Source: Bacteroidales bacterium (GTDB taxonomy: Bacteria; Bacteroidota; Bacteroidia; Bacteroidales; AUK083). Taken from it: 64,000 bases of DNA. Of the stretch, positions 1-12,400 are shown piece by piece; within the stretch, counting starts at the first letter, position 1, and each line of letters begins with the position of its first letter. Made by a program: the position numbers and the translations under genes. The stretch spans positions 57 to 64,056 of the forward strand of contig JAGGUV010000093.1 of the NCBI GenBank assembly GCA_021158345.1. The letters run 5' to 3'. The notes beneath the pieces were generated by a model, which did not search any database, was not told where the DNA came from, and saw only the letters and a list, made by a program, of their open reading frames with translations.

Positions 1-63
1 AAGTTAAGCCCACTAGCGCCGATGATACTGCATTTATTTGTGGGAAAGTAGGTAGTCGCCAAA
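1..63 (+). rRNA. rrf: 5S ribosomal RNA, 3' portion (gene starts upstream of the window)
   Basis: AAGTTAAGCCCACTAGCGCCGATGATACTG...GGGAAAGTAGGTAGTCGCC matches by eye the conserved 3' half of bacterial 5S rRNA (cf. E. coli ...GAAGTGAAACGCCGTAGCGCCGATGGTAGTG...GAGAGTAGGGAACTGCC). The 3' end is uncertain by a few nt. A hairpin terminator follows. Confidence 0.8.
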
Positions 64-74
64 TACTTATTAAT

Positions 75-105
75 CCCGGTAATTTATTTTACCGGGATTT
101 TTTTT
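75..105 (+). terminator. rho-independent terminator after 5S rRNA
   Basis: Stem CCCGGT (75-80) / ACCGGG (91-96), 10-nt loop, then T-run 98-105. Confidence 0.7.
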
Positions 106-210
106 GCCTTTTAAAAAAAAAATTAATTTTTTAAATCATAGATTCATAGCTTTCTATATTAATATCATAGAAAACTTGAAACAAAAATCCTTATAATTTA
201 ATTTAAATAT

Positions 211-218
211 TAATTTTG
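211..218 (+). promoter_or_regulatory. Bacteroidota sigma-A type -7 box (TAnnTTTG)
   Basis: TAATTTTG lies 38 nt upstream of the TTG start at 256. The consensus is established for Bacteroides/Flavobacterium promoters. Confidence 0.4.
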
Positions 219-255
219 TATATACATTGTATATAAAATTTTTTACAAGCGCATT

Positions 256-2598
256 TTGAATAAAGTAATAATCAGCATAAAAATAATAATTACAATCACT
301 TTACTGACATTAATGTCATGTGTATCGAGTGATAATATTAAAAAGGGCAAATATTTACTGTCGTCCAATAAAATAATTATTGATAATGCAAAAGTAAAAT
401 CAGAAGACCTAAACAGTTTTATTCAACAAAAACCAAACAAAAAACTTTTTGGTTTATTAAATGTAAAAACATGGATATACCAAGTTTCTAATAAAGGGAA
501 ACAAACAAAATTCAAAAATTGGGTTAAAAATAAATTTGGGGAAAAGCCTGTTTTTTACAACAAAAATCTTACAATAGAATCAGAAAAACAATTAAAGAGA
601 TATCTCTTTTCAAAAGGATATTTCAATGCAAAAATAACTTCAAAAACAAAATTAAAAAAACGTTCTGCAAAAGTAAAGTATTTTATAAAAGCAAAGGAAC
701 CATATAGAATTCAAGAAATAAAATATTCTGTAAAAGACAGTCTTTTAAAGGATTTCGTTTTAAAAGATTCAAAAAACACATTAATAAAATCAGGCGATAA
801 TTACGATGCAAAAATTTTAGCAGCAGAAAGGAATCGCATTTCAAACTATTTAAAAGAAAACGGATATTATTATTTTTCGAAAGAATATATTTATTATAGT
901 GTTGACAGTGCTATCAATAATCATCAAGTTAACTTGACTATAAACATTGAAAATTTAAGAATTAAAGATAAAGAAGAAAAAAAATATATAGAAAAGCTTC
1001 ACAAACGATACCGCATAAATAACATCTATATTTATCCCGCATACAATCCTTTGCAGGCAGACACAATAAAATATGATACTATTGTTTTAAAAAGGAATCA
1101 GCTGACTACTACTCTCCCGTCAAATTTATTTTTGCTAAACAGGGGCAAACTTCGTTTAAATAAAAACTTACTTAAAAATAAAATAAATTATTATCCCGGT
1201 GATTTTTATAATATTAATAAAGTATTACAAACACGTAAAAATTTAACAGATTTAGACATTGTTAAATTTGTTGACATAAACTTTGAGGAGATAAAAAACC
1301 AAAACACTGATGATAACAATTATCTTAATTCGAAAATAAAAATCATACGCAGACCTGTAAGCTTTTATTCAATAGAAACCGATGGAACAAATAAAGCAGG
1401 AGATTTTGGAATATCTGCAAATGTTATTTTCCAGAACAGAAATCTTTTTAAAGGAGGTGAGGTTTTAAACATTAAGTTTAAGGGTGCTATGGAGATGAAG
1501 CAAATAAATAATTCCGGAGGTTTAGAGGATGAATTTTTGTTTTTCAACACTATTGAAACAGGAATGGAAGTCAGACTTACTATTCCTAAACTTTTTGCCC
1601 CGTTAAAATCAAGAATTTTAACGTCAACATTCCTTCCAAAAACAACATTTATTACAGGATATAACTATCAGAAAAGACTTGATTATACAAGATATATTTC
1701 AAATTTTACTTTTGGTTATAAATGGAAAAACTCATTACCAAAAACTCATTTTCTTTATCCTATAGATTTTAATTCTGTTAAGATTTTTAAGACAGAAGAA
1801 TTTGACGAAAAATTACAAACTTTTGACAAAAAATATCAAGAACAGTATTCAGATCACTTAATATTAGCATTAAGGTATAGTTATATTTTCAACAATCAGC
1901 AAATAAAAAAAGGTAATAACTTTCATTATCTGCGATTAAACCTCGAATCTTCGGGTAATGTTCTGAGTTTGGGGAATAAACTTACAAGTTCAGAAAAAGA
2001 TGAAGATGGCAATTATTCATTTTTAAATATAAAATTTGCTCAATATATCCGTACTGATGCTGACTTCAGATATTATCATTATTTTACTTCCGACAATTTA
2101 ATTGTATTTAGGTCAGCCATAGGTATTGGAATACCTTATGGAAATTCAAAATCATTACCTTTCGAAAAAAGTTTTTATGTTGGAGGTGCTAACAGCATGA
2201 GAGGGTGGCAAATAAGAGCTTTAGGCCCCGGAGCATACAATGATACCAGTATGATTAAATATGACAATATTGGTGATATTCTTATTGAAGAAAATATTGA
2301 ATACCGTTTTCCTATTTATAATTTTTTAAAAACAGCTATTTTCTGTGATGTTGGAAATATTTGGTTGTTAAACAAAAGTAATGACTTCCCCGAAGGAGAA
2401 TTTAACACTAAAAATTTTTATAAACAATTAGCTGTTGATGCAGGTATGGGAATTCGCTTTGATTTTAACTTTTTTATTTTGCGTATTGATGCTGCTTTAC
2501 CAATAAAAAAACCTACTGCTGCTGATAAATGGATTAACATTAAAAAAGCATCTTTTCAAGATATTGTATGGAACTTCGGTATTGGATATCCATTCTAA
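256..2598 (+). CDS. Omp85/BamA-TamA family outer-membrane protein (surface antigen D15 barrel)
   Basis: 780 aa with a TTG start. N-terminal signal with lipobox-like LTLMSC. C-terminal Omp85 barrel signature ...SFYVGGANSMRGW... and aromatic C-terminus ...FGIGYPF. Confidence 0.8.
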   Translation: MNKVIISIKIIITITLLTLMSCVSSDNIKKGKYLLSSNKIIIDNAKVKSEDLNSFIQQKPNKKLFGLLNVKTWIYQVSNKGKQTKFKNWVKNKFGEKPVFYNKNLTIESEKQLKRYLFSKGYFNAKITSKTKLKKRSAKVKYFIKAKEPYRIQEIKYSVKDSLLKDFVLKDSKNTLIKSGDNYDAKILAAERNRISNYLKENGYYYFSKEYIYYSVDSAINNHQVNLTINIENLRIKDKEEKKYIEKLHKRYRINNIYIYPAYNPLQADTIKYDTIVLKRNQLTTTLPSNLFLLNRGKLRLNKNLLKNKINYYPGDFYNINKVLQTRKNLTDLDIVKFVDINFEEIKNQNTDDNNYLNSKIKIIRRPVSFYSIETDGTNKAGDFGISANVIFQNRNLFKGGEVLNIKFKGAMEMKQINNSGGLEDEFLFFNTIETGMEVRLTIPKLFAPLKSRILTSTFLPKTTFITGYNYQKRLDYTRYISNFTFGYKWKNSLPKTHFLYPIDFNSVKIFKTEEFDEKLQTFDKKYQEQYSDHLILALRYSYIFNNQQIKKGNNFHYLRLNLESSGNVLSLGNKLTSSEKDEDGNYSFLNIKFAQYIRTDADFRYYHYFTSDNLIVFRSAIGIGIPYGNSKSLPFEKSFYVGGANSMRGWQIRALGPGAYNDTSMIKYDNIGDILIEENIEYRFPIYNFLKTAIFCDVGNIWLLNKSNDFPEGEFNTKNFYKQLAVDAGMGIRFDFNFFILRIDAALPIKKPTAADKWINIKKASFQDIVWNFGIGYPF

Positions 2599-2619
2599 AC
2601 AATTTAATAAAAAACAGGT

Positions 2620-4059
2620 ATGACTTCTGAAAATATTAAAACTCTATTTTTAAACAAATTACCATATAATCCTACATCAGACCAGGAATTTTTAATAGAT
2701 AAAATACCGGAATTTTTAAATGATGATGGCAATAAAAAATTATTCTTAATAAAAGGTTATGCAGGGACAGGAAAAACAACATTTGTAAGCACATTAATAA
2801 AAATACTACCATCTTTAAACAAAAAATCAATTCTTTTGGCACCAACAGGCAGGGCTGCAAAAGTTTTAGCAAACTATTCAAATAAAGTTGCTTTTACTAT
2901 TCATAAAAAAATATATAAAATAGGCACCTTAAAAAATGGGAATATAAGTATCGACCTGAAAAAAAATTATCACAAAAACACTGTTTTCATTGTTGATGAA
3001 GCCTCAATGATACCTGACAGGTTGGGATTTAACGATTCAAATCTTTTTTCTCAAAGAAACCTGCTTGAAGATTTATTCGACTACGTGTTTCAAGGTAAAA
3101 ATTGTAAACTAATATTAATTGGTGATAGTGCACAGCTACCTCCTGTTGGCTTGGATATTAGTCCGGCAATAAATATTGAATACTTAAAAGCTCATTTTTT
3201 TGATATTTCAATTGATTCTTTTGAATTAAAAGAAGTGGTACGACAATCAAAAGATTCAGGTATATTGTCAAATGCAACAAATATTCGTAAACTGATTTCT
3301 AATAATTTTATTAAACTGCCTTTTTTCTTTTTAAAAAAACATACAGATATACAAAGAATAACAGGCGAAGATTTAGAGGATCTTTTAAACGATGCATATT
3401 CATCAAATGAAATTGGTAAAAGTGTTGTAATTTGCCGTTCAAACAAAAGAGCAAATATTTTTAACCAGGAAATTAGAAGAAGAATATTATATAAAGAGGA
3501 TGAAATTTCTGCAGGAGATTTTATGATGGTTGTTAAAAACAATTATTTTTGGCTACCTTCGGATTCAAAAGCAGGATTTATTGCCAATGGTGATATTATT
3601 GAAATACTAAAAATTAAAAATATTTCAGAATTATATGGCTTTCGTTTTGCTGATGTTACAATAAGATTAGTTGACTATCCTGATGAAGGCAATATTGATA
3701 CAAAAATTTTATTAGATACAATATCAACAGATGCACCTGATTTGAAATACGAGGACAGTAAAAGATTTTTTAATGAAATAATGAAGGATTATATTGATAT
3801 ACCTCAGAGGAAAAAACGTTATGAAAGTTTAAGAAACAATCCATACTTTAATGCTTTACATATAAAGTTTGCTTATTCACTAACATGCCATAAAACTCAG
3901 GGTGGTCAGTGGGACACTGTTTTTGTTGATCAAGGTTATGTTAATGAAAATATGATAAACAAAGAATATTTACGTTGGTTATACACAGCAATAACGCGAT
4001 CTGTAAAAAAACTTTATCTGTTAAATTTCAATGATAATTTTTTTGAAACTACTTTTTAA
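2620..4059 (+). CDS. RecD/TraA-like superfamily-1 DNA helicase
   Basis: Walker [10 protein letters not shown], Walker [20 protein letters not shown], and C-terminal ...[12 protein letters not shown]... typical of RecD-like helicases. Confidence 0.8.
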   Translation: MTSENIKTLFLNKLPYNPTSDQEFLIDKIPEFLNDDGNKKLFLIKGYAGTGKTTFVSTLIKILPSLNKKSILLAPTGRAAKVLANYSNKVAFTIHKKIYKIGTLKNGNISIDLKKNYHKNTVFIVDEASMIPDRLGFNDSNLFSQRNLLEDLFDYVFQGKNCKLILIGDSAQLPPVGLDISPAINIEYLKAHFFDISIDSFELKEVVRQSKDSGILSNATNIRKLISNNFIKLPFFFLKKHTDIQRITGEDLEDLLNDAYSSNEIGKSVVICRSNKRANIFNQEIRRRILYKEDEISAGDFMMVVKNNYFWLPSDSKAGFIANGDIIEILKIKNISELYGFRFADVTIRLVDYPDEGNIDTKILLDTISTDAPDLKYEDSKRFFNEIMKDYIDIPQRKKRYESLRNNPYFNALHIKFAYSLTCHKTQGGQWDTVFVDQGYVNENMINKEYLRWLYTAITRSVKKLYLLNFNDNFFETTF

Positions 4060-7000
4060 TTGGTTTGGATTTTACTTCTACCTGTTCAAAAGCTTCAATA
4101 ATATCACCAACTTTAATATCATTAAAATTTTCAATATTTAAACCACATTCATAACCTGCTGCAACTTCTTTAACATCATCTTTATATCGTTTTAAAGAGC
4201 CAAGTTTACCAGTGTAAACTACAATACCATCACGAATAAGACGAATATTTGAGTTACGGTTTATCTTACCATCTAAAACCATACATCCGGCAATAGTACC
4301 AACTTTAGAAATTTTAAATATATTTCTAACTTCAATATTTGCAATAATTTTTTCTTCAATTTCCGGTGAGAGCATACCAATAATAGCAGCTTCTATTTCT
4401 TCGATAGCTTTATAAATAACAGAATATAATCTAATGTCAATTTGTTCTTTTTCAGCTAATTTGCGGGCTCCGATAGAAGGACGTACTTGGAATCCAATAA
4501 TAATAGCATCAGAAGCAGAAGCAAGCAAGACATCAGATTCAGTAATTTGACCAATAGATTTATGAATAATTCTAACCTGAACTTCTTCGAGTGAAAGTTT
4601 CAACAATGAATCCGATAAAGCTTCAACAGAACCATTAACATCACCTTTAACAATAATATTTAATTCTTTAAAATCACCAATAGCAATACGACGACCAATT
4701 TCGTCAAGTGTAATATGTTTTTGTGTTCTTAATCCCTGTTCACGTTGTAACTGCAATCGTTTATTAGAAATTGCTTTAGCTTCATGTTCATCTTTCATAA
4801 CATAAAAAGTATCACCAGCCTGAGGAGCACTGTCTAATCCTAATAACAATAAAGGAGTAGAAGGACCTGCTGTTTTAATTTTTTTATTTCTCTCGTTATA
4901 CATAGCTTTGACCTTACCATAACAAGAGCCGGCTAAAACAATATCACCAATTTTTAAAGTTCCGGTTTTAACCAATAACTTAGCAACATAGCCTTTACCT
5001 TTATCTAAAGACGATTCAATAACAATACCTTTAGCATGTTTATTAGGATTAGCCTTTAATTCAAGCATTTCGGCTTCAATAATTACTTTTTCTAAAAGCT
5101 CTTTAATGCCTTTACCTTTTTTAGCAGATATTTCCTGGCATTGATAATCTCCACCCCAATCTTCAACAAGAATATTCATATTAGCAAGACCTTCTTTAAT
5201 AACATCAGGTTTTGCATTAGGTTTATCAATTTTGTTGATAGCAATAATAATAGGAACACCTGCAGCTTGTGCATGATTAATAGCCTCCACGGTTTGAGGC
5301 ATTATTTTATCATCAGCAGCAATAATAATAATTGCAATATCGGTAGCTTGAGCACCTCTGGCACGCATAGCAGTAAAAGCTTCATGTCCAGGTGTGTCAA
5401 GGAATGTAACTTTTTCTCCTGTTTCAAGTAATACTTCATAAGCACCAATATGCTGAGTAATACCTCCTGATTCACCGGCAATAATATTTGTTTTTCTTAT
5501 GTAATCTAAAAGAGAAGTCTTTCCGTGATCAACATGTCCCATCACAGTAACAATTGGTGGTCTTGGTAATAAATCTTCCTCTTTATCTTCTTCGTCAGAT
5601 AGTTTTATTGATTCTTGTACATCAACACTAACAAATTCTGTTTTAAACCCGTATTCTTCAGCAAGCAGATTAATGGTTTCAGCATCTAATCTTTGATTAA
5701 TAGACACAAACAAACCAAGGGATAAACAAGTAGAGATTATTTCGTTAACGCCAACACTCATCATTGTTGCAAGCTCGCTTACAGTAACAAATTCAGTAAC
5801 CTTTAATGTTTTCTTTTCTTTTTCAACTATTTTTTGTTTTTGTTTAGCTTTATCAATAATATTATGTCGTTTATCTCTTCTATGTTTTGAAGCTTTCGAT
5901 TTTCCTGTGGAACTTAAACGAGCCAAAGTAGCTTTAATTTGTTTTTGAACTTCTTCCTCTGATAGCTCATGCTTTTCAAAAATTTTTTTAGGCCTTTGAC
6001 CTTTTTTTACAAATTTTGATTTGTTTTTTTGTTTTTCATTATTTTTTTCACCTAAAACAGGCTTAGCAGGTTTGGGAGTTTTTTTAATTCTTTTTCTTTT
6101 TCTTTTATTAGCCTTTAATTTATTGTCAGAAGAAGATGCAACAGGTTTTTCCTTTTCAGGAAGAAGAATTGAACCTAAAATTTTTGGTCCTTTAATCTTT
6201 TCTACTTCTGTTTTAATAAAATTATCTTCCTCTTTTTCTTTAGGGGGAATAACAACTTTCTGCTCCTGTTTTTCTTCTTTTGGCAAAGAAGTTTCAATTT
6301 CTTTTTTTAATTTCTGCGTTGATTTTTTCAGGGGTTTTTCTTGAACATTAGTTGCTGCAGATATTTTTTCTTTTTGTTTTTTAATAGGTGCTTCCTTTTT
6401 CCCCTGTTTCTGTTTTATAGATTTCTCAAATTTTTTTTTAGCAGATTTTTTAGTTTTCTTAAAGTCATCAATATTAATTTTATCAACGATTTTTAATTGT
6501 TTAGCACCTTCCTTTTTTTCTAGAGTTATTTTTTTTGTTTCTTCCTTAATTTCTTTTTTAAAAGTATCTTCAACCTCAGCAGGTTTCTGCTTAACATCTT
6601 CTTTCTGAGTGATTTTTTCCTCAGTTTCAACATCTAATTTCTTTTCTTCAACCTTTTTCTCAACTTTTTTAGTAACTATTTCTTTTTCCTTAGTTTCAGG
6701 TGATTTTTTTTCAGGAATAATTTTTTCGGTTTTTTTCTTTTCGGATATTTTTTCTTTTTCTTCTGGAATTATTTCTTTTTCTTCAGGTTTTATTTTTGCT
6801 TTTTCAACTTTTGCCTTTTCAGTTTTTTCCTCTTCAACTTTTTCAACAGCTGTTACCTTTTCCTTAATTTCAATATCATCATTAAAATTATGGAATATGT
6901 CATTAATAAATATATCTTCCTGTTCTTCTTCAATTTTATTTAATGCATCAAGTTTATCCTCAAGAGTTATTGTTTTGTGATCTGAATAATCAAGGTCAAT

Positions 7001-7201
7001 CTTGTGAGATTCTTCTTTTACGTATTTCTCGGTTTGATATTCAGTTACAAGCATAGCATATATCTCAGGAGTTAATTTTGTATTAGGATTACTATCAATT
7101 GTTATTCCTTTTTTATTAAGGAAATCAACAATTGTAGAAATACTTACATTAAATTCTCTTGCAGCTTTACTAAGTCTAATTATTTTTTTTCTTTCAGCCA
7201 T
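4049..7201 (-). CDS. infB: translation initiation factor IF-2
   Basis: 1050 aa. IF2 N-terminal domain, long Lys/Glu-rich linker, GTPase motifs [27 protein letters not shown]. Conserved rimP-nusA-infB order. Confidence 0.97.
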   Translation of the reverse strand: MAERKKIIRLSKAAREFNVSISTIVDFLNKKGITIDSNPNTKLTPEIYAMLVTEYQTEKYVKEESHKIDLDYSDHKTITLEDKLDALNKIEEEQEDIFINDIFHNFNDDIEIKEKVTAVEKVEEEKTEKAKVEKAKIKPEEKEIIPEEKEKISEKKKTEKIIPEKKSPETKEKEIVTKKVEKKVEEKKLDVETEEKITQKEDVKQKPAEVEDTFKKEIKEETKKITLEKKEGAKQLKIVDKINIDDFKKTKKSAKKKFEKSIKQKQGKKEAPIKKQKEKISAATNVQEKPLKKSTQKLKKEIETSLPKEEKQEQKVVIPPKEKEEDNFIKTEVEKIKGPKILGSILLPEKEKPVASSSDNKLKANKRKRKRIKKTPKPAKPVLGEKNNEKQKNKSKFVKKGQRPKKIFEKHELSEEEVQKQIKATLARLSSTGKSKASKHRRDKRHNIIDKAKQKQKIVEKEKKTLKVTEFVTVSELATMMSVGVNEIISTCLSLGLFVSINQRLDAETINLLAEEYGFKTEFVSVDVQESIKLSDEEDKEEDLLPRPPIVTVMGHVDHGKTSLLDYIRKTNIIAGESGGITQHIGAYEVLLETGEKVTFLDTPGHEAFTAMRARGAQATDIAIIIIAADDKIMPQTVEAINHAQAAGVPIIIAINKIDKPNAKPDVIKEGLANMNILVEDWGGDYQCQEISAKKGKGIKELLEKVIIEAEMLELKANPNKHAKGIVIESSLDKGKGYVAKLLVKTGTLKIGDIVLAGSCYGKVKAMYNERNKKIKTAGPSTPLLLLGLDSAPQAGDTFYVMKDEHEAKAISNKRLQLQREQGLRTQKHITLDEIGRRIAIGDFKELNIIVKGDVNGSVEALSDSLLKLSLEEVQVRIIHKSIGQITESDVLLASASDAIIIGFQVRPSIGARKLAEKEQIDIRLYSVIYKAIEEIEAAIIGMLSPEIEEKIIANIEVRNIFKISKVGTIAGCMVLDGKINRNSNIRLIRDGIVVYTGKLGSLKRYKDDVKEVAAGYECGLNIENFNDIKVGDIIEAFEQVEVKSKPIKK

Positions 7202-7258
7202 ATAAATAAATAAAATCTATAACTCTAAAAAAACTAATAGTTTGTAAATATAAAATAT

Positions 7259-8500
7259 TTATTCAAACTCTGCTTTAAGTATTCTTAAAACTTCTAAAAT
7301 AGTTTCTTCTTCAAGATCTGTTCTGTGTATTAAATCTTTAACACTAATTTCTAAAACACTTTTTGCTGTATCACAGCCAATATTTTTTAATTCGTCAATA
7401 ATCCACTGATCTATTTCATCAGAGAATTCTTGAAGATCGACATCTTCATTTTCAGCGGAACTATCCACATCACGATAAACATCAATTTCATAACCTGTAA
7501 GTTTACCTGCTAACTTAATATTATAACCACCTTTACCAATTGCTAAGGAAATCTGATCAGGTTTTAAATAAACTTCAGCTTTTTTGTTTTTCTCATCAAT
7601 TTTAATTGAAGAAATTTTAGCAGGGCTTAAAGCTCTTGTAATATATAAAGTTGGATTATTTGTATAATTAATCACATCAATATTTTCATTACCTAATTCA
7701 CGAACAATACCATGAATTCTTGAACCTTTCATTCCAACACAAGCTCCTACAGGGTCAATTCTGTCATCATACGATTCTACAGCAATTTTAGCTCTTTCAC
7801 CCGGTTCTCTAACAATATTTTTAATAGTAATTAAGCCGTCAAAAACCTCAGGCACTTCAATTTCAAATAATTTTTCAAGAAATACAGGAGAAGTACGCGA
7901 GAGAATAATAACAGGATTATTATTTCTCATATCAACCTTAGAAACAACAGCACGAACAGTATCACCTTTTTTGAAATAATCTGAAGGTATTTGTTCTCTT
8001 TTTGGCAGAACAAGTTCAATATCATCATCATCTAATATTAATATTTCTTTTTTCCAAATCTGATACACATCACCTGTAATAATATCACCAATTTTATTTT
8101 TATATTTTTGATAGATGTTATTTTTTTCAAATTCATGAATTTTTGAGACAAGAGTTTGACGAATATTTAAAATTTCTCTTCTTCCAAAATCAGACATTTT
8201 TAGTTCTTCAGATGCTTCTTCTCCGATTTCAAAATCAGGTTCAAGTTTAATTGCCTCTGAATATGCAATTTGGGTATTATTGTCTTCAACTTCTCCATCT
8301 TCAACAATTTCTCGATATCTTAAAATCTGAAGGTCTCCTCTGTCGATATTTACAATGATATCAAAATTTGCATCATCACCATATTTCTTTTTAAGCACAA
8401 GCCTAAAAACCTCTTCGATGATACGCATCATTGTTTCACGATTGATATTTTTAAATTCTTTAAACTCTGAAAAAGTCTCAACTAAATTCATATGTTCCAT
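7259..8500 (-). CDS. nusA: transcription termination/antitermination factor NusA
   Basis: 413 aa with S1 and KH domain motifs (GACVGMKGSRI, AIGKGGYNIKLA). Lies between rimP and infB. The start may instead be the ATG 9 nt downstream (MNLVETF...). Confidence 0.95.
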   Translation of the reverse strand: MEHMNLVETFSEFKEFKNINRETMMRIIEEVFRLVLKKKYGDDANFDIIVNIDRGDLQILRYREIVEDGEVEDNNTQIAYSEAIKLEPDFEIGEEASEELKMSDFGRREILNIRQTLVSKIHEFEKNNIYQKYKNKIGDIITGDVYQIWKKEILILDDDDIELVLPKREQIPSDYFKKGDTVRAVVSKVDMRNNNPVIILSRTSPVFLEKLFEIEVPEVFDGLITIKNIVREPGERAKIAVESYDDRIDPVGACVGMKGSRIHGIVRELGNENIDVINYTNNPTLYITRALSPAKISSIKIDEKNKKAEVYLKPDQISLAIGKGGYNIKLAGKLTGYEIDVYRDVDSSAENEDVDLQEFSDEIDQWIIDELKNIGCDTAKSVLEISVKDLIHRTDLEEETILEVLRILKAEFE

Positions 8501-8541
8501 TTTACAACATTCTTATAAATTGAACAAAAATATTTAAATTA

Positions 8542-8991
8542 TTATTTCTGCCTTTTAAAAGATATTACAGGTTTTGCCTGTTTAATATCAGTAAAAGAAA
8601 TTTTTAATTCTATATGCGATTTGTTTTTAATGTTTTTTTGCAAAATAATACTTTTATCGCTTACTTTTAATAAAACACCTTTTAATATCAAACCATCATT
8701 TAAAGTTACACTAATTTCTCTTCCAATATTTTTCTGATATTGTCTTTTTAATTTAAAAGACTCAGTAATACCAGGAGAGGAAACTTGTAATTCAAAATCT
8801 TCCTTGTCCCTGTCAAGATTAGATTCAATAAATCTGCTAACCTGAACACAATCATCAATAGTTAATTGTGTATCGCTATCTAAAAAAACAGATATTTTGT
8901 TAGTTGCACTGATTTTAATATCTACGATAAATTTATCAGAATTAACTAACTTTTTTTTAACAAGGGATTCTATGTAATTTTTGTCTATCAT
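8542..8991 (-). CDS. rimP: ribosome maturation factor RimP
   Basis: 149 aa directly upstream of nusA in the conserved operon order; ...LQVSSPGI... motif. Confidence 0.8.
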   Translation of the reverse strand: MIDKNYIESLVKKKLVNSDKFIVDIKISATNKISVFLDSDTQLTIDDCVQVSRFIESNLDRDKEDFELQVSSPGITESFKLKRQYQKNIGREISVTLNDGLILKGVLLKVSDKSIILQKNIKNKSHIELKISFTDIKQAKPVISFKRQK

Positions 8992-8995
8992 TAAT

Positions 8996-9020
8996 AAAAA
9001 GAGGGGGCAAAGCCCCCTCT
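8996..9020 (-). terminator. intrinsic terminator hairpin between tRNA-Gln and rimP
   Basis: Minus strand reads GAGAGGGGGC-TTT-GCCCCCTCTTTTT. The stem is 8-9 bp and GC-rich (9000-9020), followed by a T-run (8996-9000). The rimP ATG begins only 4 nt after the T-run. Confidence 0.7.
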
Positions 9021-9098
9021 CATTCTTATCTTATTATAAAAACAATATAAAAATATATTATTTTTTGAAGAATGCCCTCTATAAGAGAGCTTTTTTTG

Positions 9099-9171
9099 TT
9101 GTCCGACCAGGGCTCGAACCTGGACTCTTTTGAACCAAAATCAAACGTGTTGCCAGTTACACCATCGGACA
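9099..9171 (-). tRNA. tRNA-Gln (anticodon TTG)
   Basis: Hand-folded cloverleaf: acceptor TGTCCGA/TCGGACA, D-arm GTGT/ACAC with a GG loop, anticodon stem TTTGA/TCAAA with loop TTTTGGT (anticodon TTG), T-arm CCAGG-TTCGAGC-CCTGG. CCA is not encoded. Confidence 0.88.
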
Positions 9172-9188
9172 ATTTGCTTTTAGGTCTG

Positions 9189-9196
9189 CAAAAATA
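9189..9196 (-). promoter_or_regulatory. -7 box (TAnnTTTG) for tRNA-Gln
   Basis: Minus strand TATTTTTG lies about 18 nt upstream of the tRNA 5' end. Confidence 0.45.
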
Positions 9197-9458
9197 TACA
9201 ATATTTTTTAAATCGAAAGTATTTTAAAAAATATTTTTCAAAAACATGCATATTTTTCTTAAAGTTTATAATATCAGGCTATCAAGCATACTTTTTATAT
9301 ATATAATTATCAATATTTTTTTAGATATCAGAATAAACTTATGAAATAATTAAATAATTAAAACACAAACATAAAAAAAATTTATAAATTGCAAAAAATT
9401 TGTAAATAAATAAATAATTCATTTTTAACATATTAAAAACAATATAATTAATTTTAAA

Positions 9459-12400
9459 ATGAAAAATTATAAAAGAGCAAATAATATTATTGGATGGGTA
9501 ATATTTTTTATTGCAACATTTGTATATTTATTAACTATTGAACCAACAGCAAGTTGGTGGGACTGTGGCGAATATATCTCTACTGCATTTAAACTTCAGG
9601 TAGGTCATCCACCTGGAGCGCCTTTTTTTCAGTTACTTGGTAGATTTTTTTCTTTATTAGCCTTTGGTAACCTCTTACACGTTGCTAAAATGATTAATAT
9701 AATGTCTGCGCTTTCAAGTAGCTTTACTATTTTATTTTTATTCTGGACAATAACAGCTTTAGCAAAAAAAATAGCATTAAAACAAGGTGAGCTATCTAAA
9801 GCTCAACAATATATTATTTTTGGTAGTGGTATTGTAGGTGCTTTAGCTTACACTTTTTCAGATTCATTTTGGTTTTCTGCTGTTGAAGGCGAAGTATATG
9901 CAATGTCGTCATTTTTTACTGCATTCGTATTTTGGGCGATATTAAAATGGGATGAAGTTGCTGATGATAAAAATTCAACACGATGGCTTATCCTAATTGC
10001 TTATTTTATAGGTTTATCAATTGGTGTACATTTATTAAATTTACTTGCAATACCTGCTATTTCGTTTGTATTCTATTTTAAAAAATACAAACCTTCATGG
10101 AAAGGAATAATAATTACAGCTGTTATTTCTATCCTTATTCTTGCATTTATTATGTATGGTGTAATACCTGAAATAGTTAATTTATTTGCTAAAACAGAAT
10201 TGTTATTTGTCAATTCATTAGGTTTTCCTTTTAATACAGGTACAGTATTTTTCGCTTTAATATTAATAGGTTTTATTGTTTTCGGGTTATTATTTACAGG
10301 TAAAAAAGATTCTAAAAAAATTATTTCTACTGTATTCATAATTTTATCGTCAATATTCACTTTATTAATTTTTATTGCAAGTTCCTCAGCAGGCAATTTT
10401 TTTATTCGTCTGATTATATGTTCTTTATTAGTACTCTTTTTCTATAAATTTCAAAAGAAAAAAGCAATCCTAAATTCAATTATACTTGGATTTACATTTC
10501 TTCTTATTGGTTATTCTTCATTTTTATTAATAATAATACGTTCAAATGCTAATACACCTATAAATGAAAACAGCCCAAAGGATGCTATTAGTTTGCTCTC
10601 ATACCTGAATAGAGAACAATACGGTGACTGGCCGTTATTTTACGGACCTTATTATAATGCTCCTTTAGACCAGAAAAAACCTTATTTAGACGGCACCCCT
10701 ATTTATATTAAGGATAATAAAACAGGTAAATATGTAATTACTGACGATAGAAAATCAACTATATCAAATTATGATTCAAGATTTTGTACTATTTTTCCAA
10801 GAATGTGGAGCTCACAAAAAAAAGAACACGAAAGAGCTTATAAATACTGGGGAGGAAAAGGCGGTATTCCTATAAAAATTGAAAAAGATGATGGTTCAAC
10901 ACAAACCATTTATAAACCTACATTTGGTCAGAATCTAAGATATTTTTTTAATTATCAGATAGGACATATGTATGTCCGTTATTTTATGTGGAATTTTGTT
11001 GGCAGACAAAATAATATCGAAGAAGGCAATTATAGTGTAAAAAATGGCAACTGGATAAGTGGTATTAATTTTATAGATAAAATGAGGGTGGGAGATCAAA
11101 AAAATCTACCTGAAAATATGAAAAATAATGCACATAATACTTTTTATTTTTTACCATTAATTTTAGGATTAATAGGTCTGTTTTATCACATTAAAAAAAG
11201 TCCTAACGAATCTCTTGTTGTAGGATTACTTTTTATTATGACAGGCTTGGCAATAGTTGTTTATCTTAATCAATATCCTTATCAGCCTCGTGAAAGAGAT
11301 TATGCTTATGCAGCTTCGTTTTATGCTTTTGCAATATGGATAGGACTTGGCGTTTTAGCAATTTTTAATTTCTTTAAAAAGAAACATAAAACACCTTTAA
11401 CTGCAATTTTAATAAGTGCTGTATGCCTTGTTCTTGTACCTGGGATTATGGCACAACAAGGCTGGGATGACCACGACAGATCAGGAAAATACGCAGCACG
11501 TGACTTCGCTGCTAATTATTTAAACTCCTGTGAACCCAATGCTATTCTTTTTACTAATGGTGATAATGACACTTTCCCTCTTTGGTATGCCCAAGAAGTT
11601 GAAGGTATTAGAACTGATGTAAGAGTTGTAAACTTTATGCTGGCTTCAGGTGACTGGTATATCCACCAACTAAGTAAAAAAGTTTATGATTCCGATGCTT
11701 TGACTTTCACCTTAACTCCTGAACAATATAATAAAGGTGTTAACGAAATAATTCCATACATCAATAGAAATGTTAAAGGATATTTTGAACTTAAAGATGT
11801 TATAAATTTTATTGCTAACGAAAATACTAAGTTGCCTATTTCGGAGAATAAAAAAATAAATTTCATACCAACAAAAAAATTAAAGTTAGTAATTGACTCT
11901 GCCACTGTAGTGAATAATGGTATTGTGCCAAAAAATATGGCAGATAAAATTGTTAAAGAAATTAAATGGGATTTAGGTACTAACTACATATATAAAAATG
12001 GATTAATGCTTTTGGATTTAATTGCAACAAACAATTGGAAACGACCAATATATTTTGCAAACCCATCTACATTATCAAAATATCTTGATGTAGATAAATA
12101 TTGTCATCTCGAAGGTGTTGTATATAAATTTATGCCTGTAAAAGCAACTACAGGTTATTTAAAAAGCAGAGGAGGTATTTCTGTTGACAGATGTTATGAT
12201 ATTCTTATGAATAAATGTAAGTGGGGAAATCTTAACAGCCCTGATGTTAATGTTGACAGAGAAAGTTATAGAAACTCATTTATTCCTAAACAAGACTACT
12301 TACGTCTTGCAGATGCTTTGTTAGAAGAAAATAAAAATGATTCTGCCACTGCTGTTCTTGACAAATGTCTTGAATTTTTCCCGGGTGAGAAATTTCCTTA

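Noticed and set aside
125-141. TTTTAA(A)TCATAGATT shared downstream of the 5S rRNA (about 125-141) and downstream of recG (about 63436-63452), with ATCATAG again after tRNA-Val
   Set aside because: A 12-13-nt AT-rich match in 64 kb is within reach of chance. There is no flanking similarity or structure, and significance cannot be computed here.
4049-4059. 11-bp overlap of the convergent 3' ends of the helicase gene and infB, leaving no room for terminators
   Set aside because: This is real in the sequence but small. Convergent end overlaps of this size occur sporadically in compact genomes. No further structure was seen.
5141-6980. Plus-strand ORFs of 96-123 aa (5141-5431, 6021-6344, 6609-6980) antisense to infB, rich in Phe/Ser/Leu
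   Set aside because: They are the mirror image of the Lys/Glu-rich low-complexity linker and GTPase region of IF-2. AAR/GAR codons read as YTT/YTC on the other strand, which suppresses stop codons. There is no independent coding signal.
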